In this document: in pieces, positions 49,107 to 64,000 of the stretch
Layout of the letters: every line of letters begins with the position of its first letter
How positions within the stretch are numbered: position 1 is the first letter of the stretch
DNA from: Kondoa subrosea
Taxonomy: Eukaryota
NCBI GenBank assembly: GCA_039545335.1
Contig: BCIN01000003.1
Span: 310,001 to 374,000, forward strand
Direction of reading: 5' to 3'
Length of the DNA stretch: 64,000 nt
Notes under the pieces: generated by a model
The model's database searches: none
What the model saw: the letters and a program-made list of their open reading frames with translations, nothing else
Told to the model about the DNA's origin: nothing
Position numbers and translations under genes: made by a program

Positions 49107-52100
49107 CTAGAGCCCCAATGCACGCATAATGAGATATCCAACAGTAAGAACAACAGCTGTCGCGATGATACTTGCGGGTATGCCATTTCGCAGGAAATCA
49201 GAACCCTGGCAAGTGGTATCAGCATTCGTTTTCAATAAAAGGACAGAACCCTACACTCAGATACCGGTTACCCATCTCATCTTCCAGATTTGCGGCAGCT
49301 GAGAAAAATGTAAGCGAAAAGAAACTTATGCTGGACTTCGACTCTTACTCATGCTAACCATCATTGTCAGAACAGCTTTAGAACATTAGAGAGCTACTTA
49401 CTTGGGGAATCCAGAGATCGAAAGACCCATGCCACTGTGAATGCGCGTCAGCTTTGGCAATCACAGAGATGAACATTCCATACGTAGAACATATCAATGC
49501 TGATGCCTGCAGACAAGAGTAAGCATTGACGGCCATTTGATGACATTCACTCACCATAATCAATAACCTAGGATGCGGCACCTCAAGCGCAGCGCCAATT
49601 TGAGCAGCAATTGGAACGATCAAAACACTTGCAACAGTATGTGAGATGATTGTAGCGATGACTAAGCAGATGACGGAGAAGATAGCAAGGATAGGCCAGA
49701 TATCCATTCCCCGAACGGCATTTTGAAGGACATGGTCGCTGAACAGAACTCAGTACACATACGTAAATAAATCGGAACGATGCGTACATATCGTTCAGCA
49801 GACCAGACGATAGAACAGCTTTGCCGAGTGTAATACCGCCCATTGCTAAGAAAACGATAGCCCAAGGATAATTCTCGAAATCACTCTGTCGTTGTGCAGA
49901 CGTACCATCAGCGCAAAGCCGATGAGAACGCTGCTATACCGACCTTTCTCAACGCGCCAGTGCCAAAGAATGCAATCATCGGCAAAATGGCAATAACACC
50001 CATTTCCCCAAAGATGCCTTCTAGCTGATGACTGACACACCACATAACGATTGCAGCTATGACGATGAAAGAAACGTAATACTGCATGAGAGTAAACTTG
50101 TCTTTCGATTGTCGTACTGGTGCGATACTGGTCGATTTGTCCCATTGATAGCTCCAACACAGAAGTAGCCATATCAGAACGACGGAGATGGATGAAACTG
50201 GTATGGCGATAGCGAACCACGACAGCCAACCAAGAGGAGGTTCCATGTAGTCTAGAGCGATAAGATTCTGAGGTGAAGAAATAGGTGATGATTGTCCGCC
50301 AATATTGGAAGCAAGAGCGATACCGAGAATGAGAGCTCGACTGAATTGCGACTTCGATGGCAGAGTGCGTAATATAGATTGAATGAGAGAATAGCATAGA
50401 ACTGGTGCTGCGACATTTGAGATCCACATCGACGCGAAGCATGCTACTGCCATATACGCTAGAAGGACGGAACGAGGTTTTGTTCCAGCAAAGCCAAGTA
50501 CTCGGGTTGCTAGAAGCTTGTCTATATTGTGCTTGCTAAGCGCTGCTGCTAGAGTAAATCCACCGATCAGAAGCATGATGGTCGGACTGAACATTTGCGA
50601 GAAAATGTACTTGGTTGCTTCCTGAGACGTCAGTCGACGATCTTGCCCATCTGTCGACCTGATGACACGCAAGACAATGACAAGAAGAGGTACAGAGAGG
50701 GAAGTGACGAAAAGCGGGATGACCTGTTCTGAAGTCAGAGTGTTGCCCGAAAACCCTTGTGCTCAAGCATACCTCCATTGCCCAAAATATTGCTGCAATG
50801 ACAATAATGGCCAGGCAATTGCTCTCTTCTTTTCTTGGCATTGTATCGACATTGATGAGCACAAGGAAAGCAGCGATTCCGACTATTGCGCCAATCACTT
50901 CCTTACTCTTCCATTTTAGTGTTTGAACAACAGCTTGCGTGACCTTGCCATCCGAAAGGCCGGAGGAAACAGGTTGAGCTGCAGTAGATTGACCAGTGTA
51001 ACCTTTAGAATGTGCACCAATCATGTCACGCCAGACTGTGTTCCTCTCATAGACAACATGTTCCCTCAATTGAGCTCGAAGCTGTTTCGTCGCAAATTCT
51101 TGATCTCCTCGAGTGATAATAGACGCATAGGTTCGTACTATGGTTTGAATCCAGCCTTCTAATTCTTCCCGTGTAGAAGAGATGAAAGGATATGCCTTGT
51201 TGACTTTCTCGGCCATATAAGGTTGCTGCAAATCGGAATTTGTGATCTTGTCAAACCTGCACGTTTTTACGATCAGCATAAGACACGAATGTGAATCCAT
51301 TCAAAGCGTACTTCTTAAGAATCTTCTTGAATCCCGTTTGATTGAGTTGCGAGAATTGCGAAAGTTGGGAAAGTTCTCGATAAAGCGTTTGCATCCGCAG
51401 CTTAAATCTATGTATTCCGTCTTTAGTCTTCTATGAAACCATGAAGATAATGCAGTCATACGTTATTCTGGTATCGGTCGCCCAATCACTTGTCGACAGC
51501 CAAACACTATGAACACTACGAGTGTCCTCTTGCTCTGGTCTATTCTTGGAGAAAGAGAGACGACTAGGTCTGCGTTGAGATATAGCAGAAGCGCTTGGAG
51601 TGGAGACATCCGGTATCTGCAGATCTCCTTCTGCTACAGCTTCATCCACTTCAGAAATCGCATCTTCGTGATTCTCGCCAAGCGAAAGCAGATCTGCCTG
51701 ATCTTGATTTGATGTATTCGAAGCAGAACTTGCAGCTCTCCGTCTCTTTTTGATGTTTGACTTTCGCTTCACTTTCGTTCCACCAGCTGTGAGCAGACCG
51801 GACACTCTTCTGGCTAATTTGGATACGCCTCCTGCTTCTGATCCATCACTATCGTCTGAACCTTCATCTTGCTCGTAAGTTCTCCAATCCGAATCTTCAA
51901 TAGCTCGAACATCATGCGTCAAAGCTTCCACTTCTCGCTTGAGCTTCTCCTCTTCTTTCTTGAAGAAATCAACGATGCTGCTGAGTTCTTTGTCGAGAAG
52001 AGCAGCAAAAATTCGAACAGCAGGTGAAGATTGATCTCTGTCGTTTGCGTCCGCTTGGCGTAATAGACCTGCGGACTCTAAATCGCTAGATCCTGGTTCA

Positions 52101-52374
52101 TAAACTGCTTCTTTCTCCAGTCGGTCTATCAGATGCATTTATTAGCGAAGAGATGTATATTCTTTAGGTGTAGCCGCACAGATTGCGCTCTTCAACTGAT
52201 CATATCTAGTTTGATGATGGATTGAGCCCGACTGTCGTTCTCAATGGCAGGTCAAACTCACGCTAAGTAGTGGCCCTGGAGCTCAGGCGCAGCATTGAAT
52301 GTCTGTTTGTCTGCTATCAGCTTTAGACAAACGTGCTCAAAGCCCAAACTCACTAAGGAATCAGCAAACTTCAT
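49107..52374 (-). CDS. SPX-domain low-affinity phosphate transporter (Pho87/Pho90/Pho91 family)
   Basis: MKFADSL|TFNAAPE...Y..YDQLK SPX start; LREHVVYERNTVWRDMIG; IMLLIGGFTLAAALSK; SMWISNVAAPVLC; ASNIGGQSSPISSPQN; SGFPNMTA. Confidence 0.93.
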
Positions 52375-52741
52375 CTTTGTAGCGCCAAATAGTAAGCGTT
52401 GTATGTGTCGCTGTTGATGTGTTGTGTGTCGAGTAGACGAGTTTCTGAGCAGGCCAAGTTCGATGTCTTGAGATTCGGAAGATTCACAGTTTCGTCTAAG
52501 GTATCTATCCAGCTTTGCCCCGGTAGCGCACAAACAGCTATATATCCATACACGAGAAGGGTATGGTCAAACACTGCTCAAATAATGGCCGTCAGAAGAA
52601 AACAGGTTTTTGTACGCTGAAGGAACGACACCAAACACAAGTAGGGTCGAAGTAACGTCATTACAAGCGATGCTATGTCTCACACTAGCTCTGCTTTTTA
52701 TTCTATTTCGATTTTCTGACTTTCACAATCCGACTTGCTTA

Positions 52742-55476
52742 CTAAGCCTTCTCCGAGTCTCTATTGCTCTTTTCGCCATGCTGGCCAGGGTAGACTAGAT
52801 GACCAGGATCTTCATATTTCTCAACAGTGACCGCTTTACCGACTATTGAAGGTACTTAGCAAATCGAATTTGAAAGAGAAGATGTGACATACGCTTGATG
52901 TTCTCAAGCAAACAAGCAAGAATGATGACTAAACCGGAAACGCTCGCAGAGGCAATCAAGATAGTTCTTTGTCCATCAGAGTATGCAATAGCCACAGCTT
53001 CACGGATAGGGTTGCTGAAATCGTTTTTGGCAATCCACCCGATCTGGAAAGAACATTAGTAGCGATGAGATACAGGTAGATAATGCTTACAGGGTTAGCA
53101 TAAATCGATGCAGCCAAAGTCGCGTCGCCTCCTGCAGCTGCGAGTAATCGGCTTGGAAGTTGAGATCCCCAAATAGCTGAGAGCATATATCAGTATGCTT
53201 ATTAGAATACACCTGGACTTGATTTTACCTCCTCCAATGGCTGATCCAATTGCTCTTGCCAGATAGTAAAGTGCAAGCCAGGCTGAAGTGATCAAGGCCA
53301 CATCTGCAAACATTTCTTCAGCTCCGGCTCAATATCAAATTGACCAGATACTGACTTTCATGCTTGCAAGCGCTTTGTACAGCAGCTTGAACACTACGCA
53401 TAGTATAAGCCTCGAAACATGGATCGTTGTGAGACATACGGGAAAGCGATCAAACCGTTGGCGCATCCTTTCAAGACTTGCAAAATAGCTAGTTCGGCCA
53501 AAGAGTTTGAGCGGCCTCGGAATCTAGAGAATATGAGATCAGATCTGCGCTCAAGTTTGTGTATTGTAGGACTCACCGAGTCATCAAACCCAAAGCTAAT
53601 GTCTGAATACATGCTCCCGAAATGATGAAAGGTTTGAGATAAGGGAATTTGATGACTGCCAAACCGGCTAGTGAGGATACCACAGTCCCTACTGCTGATA
53701 AATTGGATAACATTGTGGCTTTGCCGATGCTCAAATTCGCAGCAACTCGATACCCTAAAGATACAAAAGGTTAGCTCGTTATCGTCAATAAATGACGGGG
53801 AAGACTCACAAGTGAACAGATAATTTCCCTGGATTGAACCTCCCATTGGATGGCATAAAGCGATAAGGAAGCCGCAAATGATTGTGCGATTGTTCAAAAG
53901 TCGGAAAGGTAGTAAAGGATGTTTTGCGAATCTCCATTCCCAGTAGCAGAATGCAGCAAAGAGAACACCACCGGTACACATACAAGCAGGAACGAATGGA
54001 CTTCTCCAGCTATTTCCAGGCGTCCGAGCGAGAGTCATAGGCAGAAGAAGTAACGAGTAGCTGAACACCATAAGAAGAAGACCAGTGATATCGGTTTGCC
54101 AGTAGACATCTTTTGCTATCTGCTTAGCATTGCCGCCACTCCATGGTGCTCGTACGTTGTCGAGATATCCAAGCTTCTTTGCGTGTCTTTGCGCCCATGC
54201 TAAGGCAATGATTGCTGGAGCGAGCAATATTGGGACTAAACAATAGCATCATGCAAGATGAGTGAGTGAAGGGTCTCCGAGGCTATCACTCACCGACAAA
54301 GGTGAACATAGCAAAACTGTAACCACATCAGAGCTAGAATTGAGAGTCGTTCGAATGCTTACCCAAATCGCCATCTACGAGCGAATGTCAGCATGAGACT
54401 AAAGGCTCGGCAAGATCATCCGTACCCTAGACCTTCTCCAGTAGCAGGAATGATAGCCGTCGCAAATTCTGCACTGACCCAGATATTGGCAATACCAGGC
54501 TGCGGCAAAACGATCGTCAACATACAGCAGAGTTATTACTGAAGAGGCAGACTGACTAGAGAAGGAAAGATGGACCAGAAGAGTCGAGAACGAGTGCTTG
54601 TCAAATCAGCGATGATGACCTGTAACAAAATAAGCTTAGATATTGCACTAGCTCTTTGACACCCGAAGAACGGACTTGCGTGATTAACCAAAACCCAGTC
54701 AAGCCAAGGGTATTGATCAGCATGCCTCCAGCATAAGTTTGAATAGTTTGCGAAGTGGACACGATAATATGACCCAGCTTGTAGAAAGTAAGCTAGAGAC
54801 CGGTGATAGCGAGCCAGTACTAACGACGTAAAGGAAAAGGCAGATACAATACTAGTGTGATCAAAATTCAGCCCTGAAGCGTCAAAACGGTAGATCTCTG
54901 ATCTTACGGATTCGAAACGTCCGAGCAAATCACAAAGTTTGGCAAAAGGAGGTTGTGAACTGGCTTGCATGAGACCTTGAATCGTATTGACAGTAGCTAG
55001 AGATCATATTAGCCCATGTACAAATCGCTCTGACCCAGCTGACCGATAAGTGAATGCTTGCCAAAGGTTACAGAAAGCGCTTCTGTCTCGTATGTTCCTC
55101 TGTCACAACCATTAATGTGAGACTTTCACAGAACAGTATTGGCTCACTCAAGATATTGATTCTGTCGCGAATACATGTCAGCAGTGTCCCAAGAAAGGTT
55201 CGCTCAACTCACCAATCCAATGAAATAGGCTGCACAAGCAATGCAGCAAAAGATACACCAAATATAACGAGTTGACATCCATTTTGCAGCAGCTTCTGAT
55301 TTTAGCACACCATAACTCTTGATCTTCTCCTCGATCAGATCTGGATTGGTGTTATGGCTTTCATATTGAGTTTTTGTATCATGAGAAGCGGAAGAAGAAG
55401 TGTGCTCTCTAGTCAGAGTTGGAGCTACAGGAAGCATAGTACTCGCTGTAGGAATAGCAGTATTCGTGGAAGCCAT
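52742..55476 (-). CDS. MFS siderophore-iron transporter (ARN/SIT family), multi-exon
   Basis: GVLKSEAAAK; FGKHSLIATVNTI; QPPFAKLCDLLGRFES; VIIADLTSTRSR; GWRFG; FCYWEWRFAKHPLLPFRLLNNR; AIGSAIGG|AIW. Confidence 0.85.
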
Positions 55477-55551
55477 ATTGTGGACACGAGAGGAAAGGTA
55501 GGATGGGACAAGGGAAAACTGATGGGAATGGAGTCAAAAGTTCACCTCTGA

Positions 55552-55673
55552 CCAATCAGATAAGAACAGGTTCGGCTTCGCTAAGTCGCGGAACCGGCCC
55601 ATAGAGCCAATCACAAAGATCTTGTCATCATTCTACAGCAACCAATCGGTTTAAGTGCCAAGATCAGGTTCGG
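55552..55673. promoter_or_regulatory. Putative iron-responsive promoter cluster: ATCAGATAA GATA site plus three CCAATC boxes
   Basis: ATCAGATAA at 55555-55563; CCAAT at 55552, 55607 and 55642; all within about 80-200 bp upstream of the siderophore transporter ATG. Confidence 0.55.
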
Positions 55674-56096
55674 TGGTAGGAAGAACTAGCCATTATTATT
55701 GATTATGTTCGCACAAGTATTGTGCGCGTACGAGAAGCAGATGGAGGAGCATAAACATCGCCATGACAAGAGACATACATGCTCCTTGCTGGACACAGTA
55801 TCAAGAGCATATCTAGAAGCCCCGGTTGAGGCAAGACTGATTGCGGATACTAGGAAGAGCCGCAATAAAGATACTTGGTGAGATGCAACACTGCAAGAAA
55901 TGAGAATATATTCCTCCAAGCTGGCAGCCGCGAAAGCTGAGTGTCGTTTTGTCAGACTCCGCTTTGTACAGCGCGACGAAATTTAACGTCCGTATCACTG
56001 AAGCAGATATAAATCAAGTAACATAGAGGCAACTGATTGAGATCAAGCCAGAAACTCGAAAACCGCGCTTGACCTCGAACTGTTTACTCAGAAAGG

Positions 56097-57466
<1,370 letters not shown>

Positions 57467-57520
57467 CATGCATATCTAATATAATACCATCGCATGTATT
57501 GACTAACCTGATTCTCAAAC

Positions 57521-60500
57521 CTATCCTACCCATTGTCTAGCATTCTGGAAGATCCTGAACCACGGTCCTCTTCCTTCCCATTTCTTTCCTTCTTCTTTCG
57601 GATACCAAGAATTAGCTTCCTTCATTGTGCATCGCTCAGGGTGTGGCATCATTGCCAGAACTCTTCCATCCGGTGTAGAGACACCTGTTAGTCCACCTTG
57701 ACTTCCGTTGGGATTTGCAGGATATTGCGACGCTGGTCCATATGATGCAGCGGAATCGACATATCGAACAGCAGCTAATCCAGATGAAGCAATGAATTGT
57801 TCCGCATTCACTCCTTCAGGGAATTGAGCTCGACCTTCTCCATGTGCTACTGCTACAGGGAAACGAGATCCAACCATATTGCGCAAGAAAACAGAAGGTT
57901 CAGTTTCTTTGTTTGTTGAAGCTTGATCCATGATCTCAACCATACATACTCGGCCTTCAAATCGTTCACTCTTGTTCGGTTTCCAGTACGGCCATTTTGA
58001 AGTACCAGGAATGATATCTCTCAGTTGCGAGAGGAATTGACAACCATTGCAAACGCCCAAAGTGAAAGTATCTGTTCTTTCAAAGAAGTTTGCGAATTCC
58101 ACTCGACCAACTTCATGAAGTAGGATTGATCTTGCCCAACCGGACCCAGCTCCAAGTACATCACCGTAGCTGAAACCACCGCAAGCGACTATACCCTTGA
58201 AATCGGAAAGCGAAACTGTTCCAGAGAGGATATCGGTCATATGCACATCGACTGCATTGAAACCTGCGGCAGTGAAAGACCAAGCCATTTCTGTATGACC
58301 ATTGACACCTTGTTCACGTAGAATAGCGACTTTTGGTCGATCTCCTAAACTGCTGCTGATAGATCGTTCGAGAGGGAAAGATGCAGCTGGATCGAATGTA
58401 AGAGAGTAGTCCAGACCTTGATCATGCTGTGCTGCTATCCGGGTGAACTCTTCTTGTGCTGTTATCGGATTATCGCGATGACTTTGCATCTTGTAGGAGG
58501 TTTCAGCCCAGACCATATGTAGCTGAGAGACTGTAGAAGAGTAGATTGATGTGCCATCCAGTATGAGGGTGATATCCTTGTCATCTGCTACCATTGCAGG
58601 TCGGCCTATAGAATGAATATAGGTTGTAGGGAAGGAATGAGAGATGAAGACTTTGGTGAATTCTGCGAGCTGAGATTGACGTATTTGGAAGACCGCGCCC
58701 AATTCCTCGTTGAACAAAGCTGCAAGAGGATCTGATATGTCTGGAAGGGCATCGAGCATAATTTCGACACCTTGTCGACCGGCGAAAGCCATTTCGACAA
58801 CGGTAGTGAAAAGACCACCATCAGAACGATCATGATATGCTAGAACAAGATCAGGGTGGTTTTTATGCAGATCTTGACCTGCATCGAAGAAGTGTCTGAA
58901 GAGAAGAGCATCTTCGACATTCGGCGCTTCGTTGCCAACTTGACGGAAGACTTGCGCGAGCGCGGATCCACCAAGCCTCTGTTTTCCCATTGCCAGATCG
59001 ACAAATACCAGAACAGTCTGTTCTCCAGCTTCCTCAACACTTGCCAAAGCAGGAGTCCAAGTACGCTCAATATTGTGGACTGGAGCGAAAGCAGTGATTA
59101 TAAGAGACAGAGGAGCTGTTACTTCTTGGATTTGGCCCTCTTCTGTTTGCCAGCGAGTCTTCATCGACATGGAGTCCTTGCCTACTGGTATGCTGATGCC
59201 TAAAGCTGGACAAAGTTCTATGCCAACAGCTTGTACAGCTTCGTACAGAGCAACGCCTTCGCCTTCATGACTTGCCGCACACATCCAATTCGCGCTGAGC
59301 TTGATATGGTTGCGACTTTCGACGTATGCTGCTGCTAAATTGGTCAGGGATTCTGCTACAGCCATTTTAGCTGAGGCTGCAGCGTTGAGTAGAGCCAAAG
59401 GTGTTCTTTCTCCCATAGCCATAGCTTCACCGGTCAACGTTTCGAAGCCATAACTGGAACGAGTGACAGCTACATCCGCAACAGGTACTTGCCATCTTCC
59501 GACCATTTGATCCCTTGCAACCAAACCAGTAATACTTCGATCGCCAATCGTAATGAGGAAAGATTTGGAAGCGACAGAAGGTAATCGGAGAACTCGATCG
59601 ATAGCTGAAGAAATTGAATCAAGAGTGGTGGTAGAAGCGGAAAGAGAGAAAGGTAGACGAGAAGAAGAGACAGTATCAGCGCGGCGAGCCATTTTAGGTG
59701 CTTTGCCGAAAAGTGTAGGCATGCCAAGGTGGATGGGTTCGTTACTGAAGAGCTTATCTTTCAAGATAAGTTCTTGTTCAGCTGTTGCTCTTCCTACTAT
59801 AGCACAAGGACATCTTTCCCTCTTGGCAATCGCTTCGAATCGCTCCAAATCTTCGGGTGCGACAGCCATGACATATCTTTCTTGAGATTCGTTGCACCAA
59901 ATTTCTAGCGGACTCATGCCAGGATCATCGACCAGAACGTCTCTTAACTCAAATATAGCTCCTAATCCAGCATCATGCACCAATTCTGGCAAAGCGTTTG
60001 AAATACCGCCAGCTCCGACATCGTGAATAGATTGAATAGGATTGTGTTTTGAAGAGATACAAGCATCAATAACTTGCTGACATCTTCTTTGCATTTCAGG
60101 GTTCTCTCTTTGCACACTAGCGAAATCCAATTCTGCTGAACTTGATCCTGAGGCCATAGAGCTAGCTGCACCTCCTCCCAAGCCAATCAACATTCCAGGA
60201 CCACCTAAAACGATGATATGCGCTCCAGGAGTGATCTTATCTTTCAGAGCGAATTGAGGTCGAACATTTCCTAATCCACCAGCAATCATAATTGGTTTAT
60301 GATAACCTCTGATTTCACCTCTTCCTGTACCCAAGATTGAATTTGAAGGCATAGCTTCTGAAAAAGTTCGAAAATAACCAGCTAAACAAGGTCTACCAAA
60401 TTCATTGTTGAAAGCACTTGCTCCTAATGGTCCTTCAATCATTATATCGAAAGCTGAAGCGATATGAGAAGGTTTTCCGAAATCTTCTTCCCAAGGTTGC

Positions 60501-61606
60501 TCGTGGCCAGGAATAAGAAGATTGGAAGTGGTGAAACCGCATAAACCAGCTTTAGGTTTTGATCCTCTTCCTACTGCTCCTTCATCTCTTATTTCACCAC
60601 CAGATCCAGTTGCAGCGCCAGGATAAGGAGATACAGCGCAAGGATGATTGTGCGTTTCGACTTTGATTAAGATTGGCATATCCTCTTCGGTTGATGTGTA
60701 TGAGCCTGATCCAGAAGCAGAGAATCTTGACGCTCTGTATCCTTCGAGTACAGCTGCGTTGTCAGAGTAAGCTGAAATAGTATGATCAGGATGTAGATTA
60801 TGAGTGTTTCGAATCATGGAAAAGAGTGATTTCTCTTTTTCTTCACCGTCAATAGTCCACGAAGCGTTGAAGATCTTGTGTCGACAATGCTCAGAATTGA
60901 CTTGGGCAAACATGAACAATTCGCAATCTGTTGGATTTCGACCTTCAGCTACGAAAGCTTTGACCAAGTAATCTATTTCATCCGTTGCTAATGCTAAACC
61001 AAGCTTGACGTTTGCCTCTATAAGTTTGTCTTTTGCTGCTTCGGGACCAGCGCTGAGCAGATCAATGGTTCGTAATGGGGCAGGGGCAGTTTCAAGGAAG
61101 AGATCTTCTTCGAGCGGTGGTTGAGTAAGGATAACCTGAGTCATACGATCATGCACGAAAGGTGAAATGAGATGAATCTCTTGCTTTGTGAGAGCTACAT
61201 TGTCTTTTGTCGAGAAAGCATAAGCGAGACCTCTTTCCAACCGCAATACATGGGAGCCTAATTGACACATCTTTGAAATATCGGTAGCTTTACTTGACCA
61301 AGGAGATTTTGTGCCAGCTCGAGGAGTAATGAAGAGAACATTATGAGCTGTTGACTTGCTTTCCAATATTTCATTCAGACGATTCTGAGTTTCAAGGAAA
61401 GATACATTATCTCCGTAGACAAGGAGTCCATTCAGCGTGTCATTGACTAGTTTAGGAAGAGGTAGAGATGTATCTTGCTGCAGTCGAACGAAATGTATGT
61501 AAAGCGCATCCACGGATTGAATAGATGGAACCAGCTTCTGCAGCACAGCCAACAAGGATCTCCTCTTTGCGTCTGAGAAGGGCGAAGGACCAGGTAAAAT
61601 CAGCAT
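57521..61606 (-). CDS. ADE6: Phosphoribosylformylglycinamidine synthase (large PurL), single-exon CDS
   Basis: [83 protein letters not shown]. Confidence 0.98.
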   Translation of the reverse strand: MLILPGPSPFSDAKRRSLLAVLQKLVPSIQSVDALYIHFVRLQQDTSLPLPKLVNDTLNGLLVYGDNVSFLETQNRLNEILESKSTAHNVLFITPRAGTKSPWSSKATDISKMCQLGSHVLRLERGLAYAFSTKDNVALTKQEIHLISPFVHDRMTQVILTQPPLEEDLFLETAPAPLRTIDLLSAGPEAAKDKLIEANVKLGLALATDEIDYLVKAFVAEGRNPTDCELFMFAQVNSEHCRHKIFNASWTIDGEEKEKSLFSMIRNTHNLHPDHTISAYSDNAAVLEGYRASRFSASGSGSYTSTEEDMPILIKVETHNHPCAVSPYPGAATGSGGEIRDEGAVGRGSKPKAGLCGFTTSNLLIPGHEQPWEEDFGKPSHIASAFDIMIEGPLGASAFNNEFGRPCLAGYFRTFSEAMPSNSILGTGRGEIRGYHKPIMIAGGLGNVRPQFALKDKITPGAHIIVLGGPGMLIGLGGGAASSMASGSSSAELDFASVQRENPEMQRRCQQVIDACISSKHNPIQSIHDVGAGGISNALPELVHDAGLGAIFELRDVLVDDPGMSPLEIWCNESQERYVMAVAPEDLERFEAIAKRERCPCAIVGRATAEQELILKDKLFSNEPIHLGMPTLFGKAPKMARRADTVSSSRLPFSLSASTTTLDSISSAIDRVLRLPSVASKSFLITIGDRSITGLVARDQMVGRWQVPVADVAVTRSSYGFETLTGEAMAMGERTPLALLNAAASAKMAVAESLTNLAAAYVESRNHIKLSANWMCAASHEGEGVALYEAVQAVGIELCPALGISIPVGKDSMSMKTRWQTEEGQIQEVTAPLSLIITAFAPVHNIERTWTPALASVEEAGEQTVLVFVDLAMGKQRLGGSALAQVFRQVGNEAPNVEDALLFRHFFDAGQDLHKNHPDLVLAYHDRSDGGLFTTVVEMAFAGRQGVEIMLDALPDISDPLAALFNEELGAVFQIRQSQLAEFTKVFISHSFPTTYIHSIGRPAMVADDKDITLILDGTSIYSSTVSQLHMVWAETSYKMQSHRDNPITAQEEFTRIAAQHDQGLDYSLTFDPAASFPLERSISSSLGDRPKVAILREQGVNGHTEMAWSFTAAGFNAVDVHMTDILSGTVSLSDFKGIVACGGFSYGDVLGAGSGWARSILLHEVGRVEFANFFERTDTFTLGVCNGCQFLSQLRDIIPGTSKWPYWKPNKSERFEGRVCMVEIMDQASTNKETEPSVFLRNMVGSRFPVAVAHGEGRAQFPEGVNAEQFIASSGLAAVRYVDSAASYGPASQYPANPNGSQGGLTGVSTPDGRVLAMMPHPERCTMKEANSWYPKEEGKKWEGRGPWFRIFQNARQWVG

Positions 61607-63226
61607 GACCTGCAGACCAAATATGAGCAAATTTGTTTCTTTCAATCGTCCAAGTGACTTGCAGATGAATTGGCCTATCCTATTCTACCAGGCAATCAGC
61701 GACCCTCAGCTGCATGCATCCAGCTACAACTTACCCTGTCTAGTCGACTCGATAATGGCTGAGCAAGACCAAAAATGTGATGCAAAGGAAGGCTTCGCGG
61801 TATGACAACGAGCTACAATCTCGCTGCCTCGTCAATATCTCCAGCATCTTAAAAGAACTGCCCTGTGAAGCGAAGATTCGCCTGTTGTGTCCACCATCAA
61901 AGAATTGATGCAGTCTGTTCGAGTCTCTTTAATTCACTCTATGGTCTATGCTATGGGATTGGCCCGATTTCTTGAAGAGCTCTTCATACAAAGCGAACGA
62001 CTCATGTGAAACGGCCCAAATTGTGAACTTTATAACGATGACCAGAAAGGCTCCTGCATGTCGTCCGTGTTCATACAGTTCACTATGTAAGACATCATCT
62101 CTAGCCATCAGAAAGTTGTCGGTGCCCTTCAGACTCTTTGTTGATCATCTGGACATCAGAACTCTTCATCGCGTCTTCCGTTACAAACTATCTTTCTTTC
62201 TTTCTCTATATTTATCTTTGTCCAATAGGCAAGATGTAGAGCTTCAGAGAAGCCTGAGTATCATTGGCGAATAAAGTCGCTCATCTCAAGATCCTTCTGG
62301 CTGTAGACGAATCCGGTACCTGTCTAAGTCAATCGATTTCGTTACTCAAAGCACCATACCCTGGGCACCGATCTCAGAGCCTAATGCTTATATGATTAGA
62401 GAGAGCTTCTTGCCTCATTCGTGAAAGTTGCGACTCCCTGACAGGGGTTTGATGCAAGCTTTCCACAGCATGCTTTAAATTACACTGTCACTGCGGTTAC
62501 ATTATATGCTAACGCTATAGAAAGAGAGATTAAAATTCCGGTGCAGAACTATATCGGATCTGTTGAAGGCTGGAAGCGCGATCATGGCGTCGGTAGGTTT
62601 TCGCTGTTATACGTGGCCGCACGAAGGCTTAAATTATAGAAGACTCTCAGGATTGGGAAAGAAGTCAAGTCAAAGAGTATGTGTTGAATTCTCAATGTGG
62701 ATGTCAGGCTGTGTAGGCCAAGTGAGTCACTGGAAAAGTATGGTTTCTTTCTGATGAAAGATCTGGCACCTGCAGAGCTCAAGCGCGATATCCTTTTTGG
62801 TGCGAGATACTTACGTCAGCGCTGAGTCGCTCATTCGATCGTAGGCTTATGATTCGAAGATCCAACATCAAGACCTGCATGCTGCAATCAAAGTGTTCGA
62901 CAGCCGAAGTCCAGTCTACAATAACGGCTGCTGACCTCTATGGCCATTGATCAATCAAGAGAGGCCAAGACTGTAGAGGTCTATTCCACTAGAATAGTAG
63001 ATATCTACAGGCTCTTTATACCAATTGCATCATTTGGGAAGCTTCTGCCTCTTTGCAAAGCGACATGCGTCTATGTTGAATGCGAGCATTTGAGGAGCAG
63101 AGTCATGCTGCGTCAGACAGACACAGAGAAATCAGCCAATTCGCTCACAACTCCATATCTCTTCAACAAACAGCGGACAGATACCTGGTTGCCTGGTATA
63201 CCTTGAGACCTAGATAACCAACAGGA

Positions 63227-64000
63227 ATGAGTTCCTTTGATGTGGATGTGTGTATCGAGAAGCTCAGCAGGAAGCAGCTGCTAGCAGAACCAGCAATCAA
63301 AGAAGTGTGCGAGAAAGTCAAAGAGCTCTTGATGCGTGAATCCAATGTCGTCCATCTGTCCGCACCGGTTACTGTTGTAGGAGATATACATGGGTGCGCG
63401 GACAAAGGAGTGCCAAGGGCAATGAAATTTGAACTTATCATGCGGTTGGTAGGCAATTCTATGATCTACTAGAAATCTTCAAGATAGGAGGACACTCACC
63501 CTATACAAATTATCTCTTCTTGGGTTAGTCCTGAAGGCCAGCAACATCGGGCATAAGTTGAGCTGAGATGGAGCACAGGCGATTATGTGGACCGGGGCTT
63601 ATTTAGTGTGGAAACCATCTCGCTGCTCACCTGCCTCAAGCTACGGTATCCTGATCGAGTTCAGCTGATACGAGGGAATCACGAATCAAGAGCAGTAACG
63701 CAGGTTCGCTCAAAATCTGTGCTGGTCCACTCGTATACTTAGTAGAATTGCGATGTGGACAGACGTACGGCTTCTACACTGAATGCGTGCGGAAGTACAA
63801 TGGTTCACCAAACGTCTGGACCTATTTCACCGACATGTTCGATTTCCTAACGCTCAGTGCGGTGATCGACGACCGGATATTTTGCGTACACGGAGGTAAG
63901 CAAAGATCAGCTTGGAACGTGTTTTCAGAAACGTTTCAATTTATATTTGGATCATGTTTATGAATTGTTTTGCTGCGCAGGTTTATCACCTTCGATACAC
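63227..64000 (+). CDS. PPG1: PP2A-family Ser/Thr phosphatase catalytic subunit Ppg1-like, 3'-truncated by window
   Basis: [80 protein letters not shown]. Confidence 0.85.

Noticed and set aside
61860..61940. GTTCGAGTC resembling a tRNA T-loop/B box
   Set aside because: I could not pair a T-stem, acceptor stem or anticodon arm around it

Overview
Gene-dense, intron-rich eukaryotic DNA. Introns are short (about 45-75 nt) GT-AG with CTRAY-like branch points, and spacers are often under 200 bp. The gene set indicates a fungus, most likely a basidiomycete; a Pucciniomycotina-like yeast is only my guess. I reconstructed about 29 spliced protein-coding genes by hand. Recognisable ones: SEA4/MIOS (3' end), a MetR/Cys-3-like bZIP, RPS0, TPS2, ESA1, a flavin reductase, MRP10, a J-protein, BXI1, RNH201, an AA7/BBE oxidase, VPS60, a YMC1-like carrier, USE1, a GNAT, a Usa1/HERP-like protein, a PHO87/90/91-type transporter, an ARN/SIT siderophore transporter, RRD2, ADE6 and PPG1 (5' part). 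I found no rRNA, tRNA, CRISPR array or transposon that I can support. Most interesting: (1) an intact, intron-split HerA/FtsK/VirB4-like ATPase lying tail-to-tail with an atypical F-box gene; (2) a STAND/archaeal-ATPase-like NTPase with a probable mitochondrial presequence, head-to-head with MRP10; (3) 3-9 nt micro-exons needed to restore conserved motifs; (4) an AA7 oxidase whose GPI signal depends on splicing of its last intron; (5) an ATCAGATAA plus triple-CCAAT cluster upstream of the siderophore transporter. Exon boundaries are manual inferences and family calls rest on recalled motifs; no database search was run.
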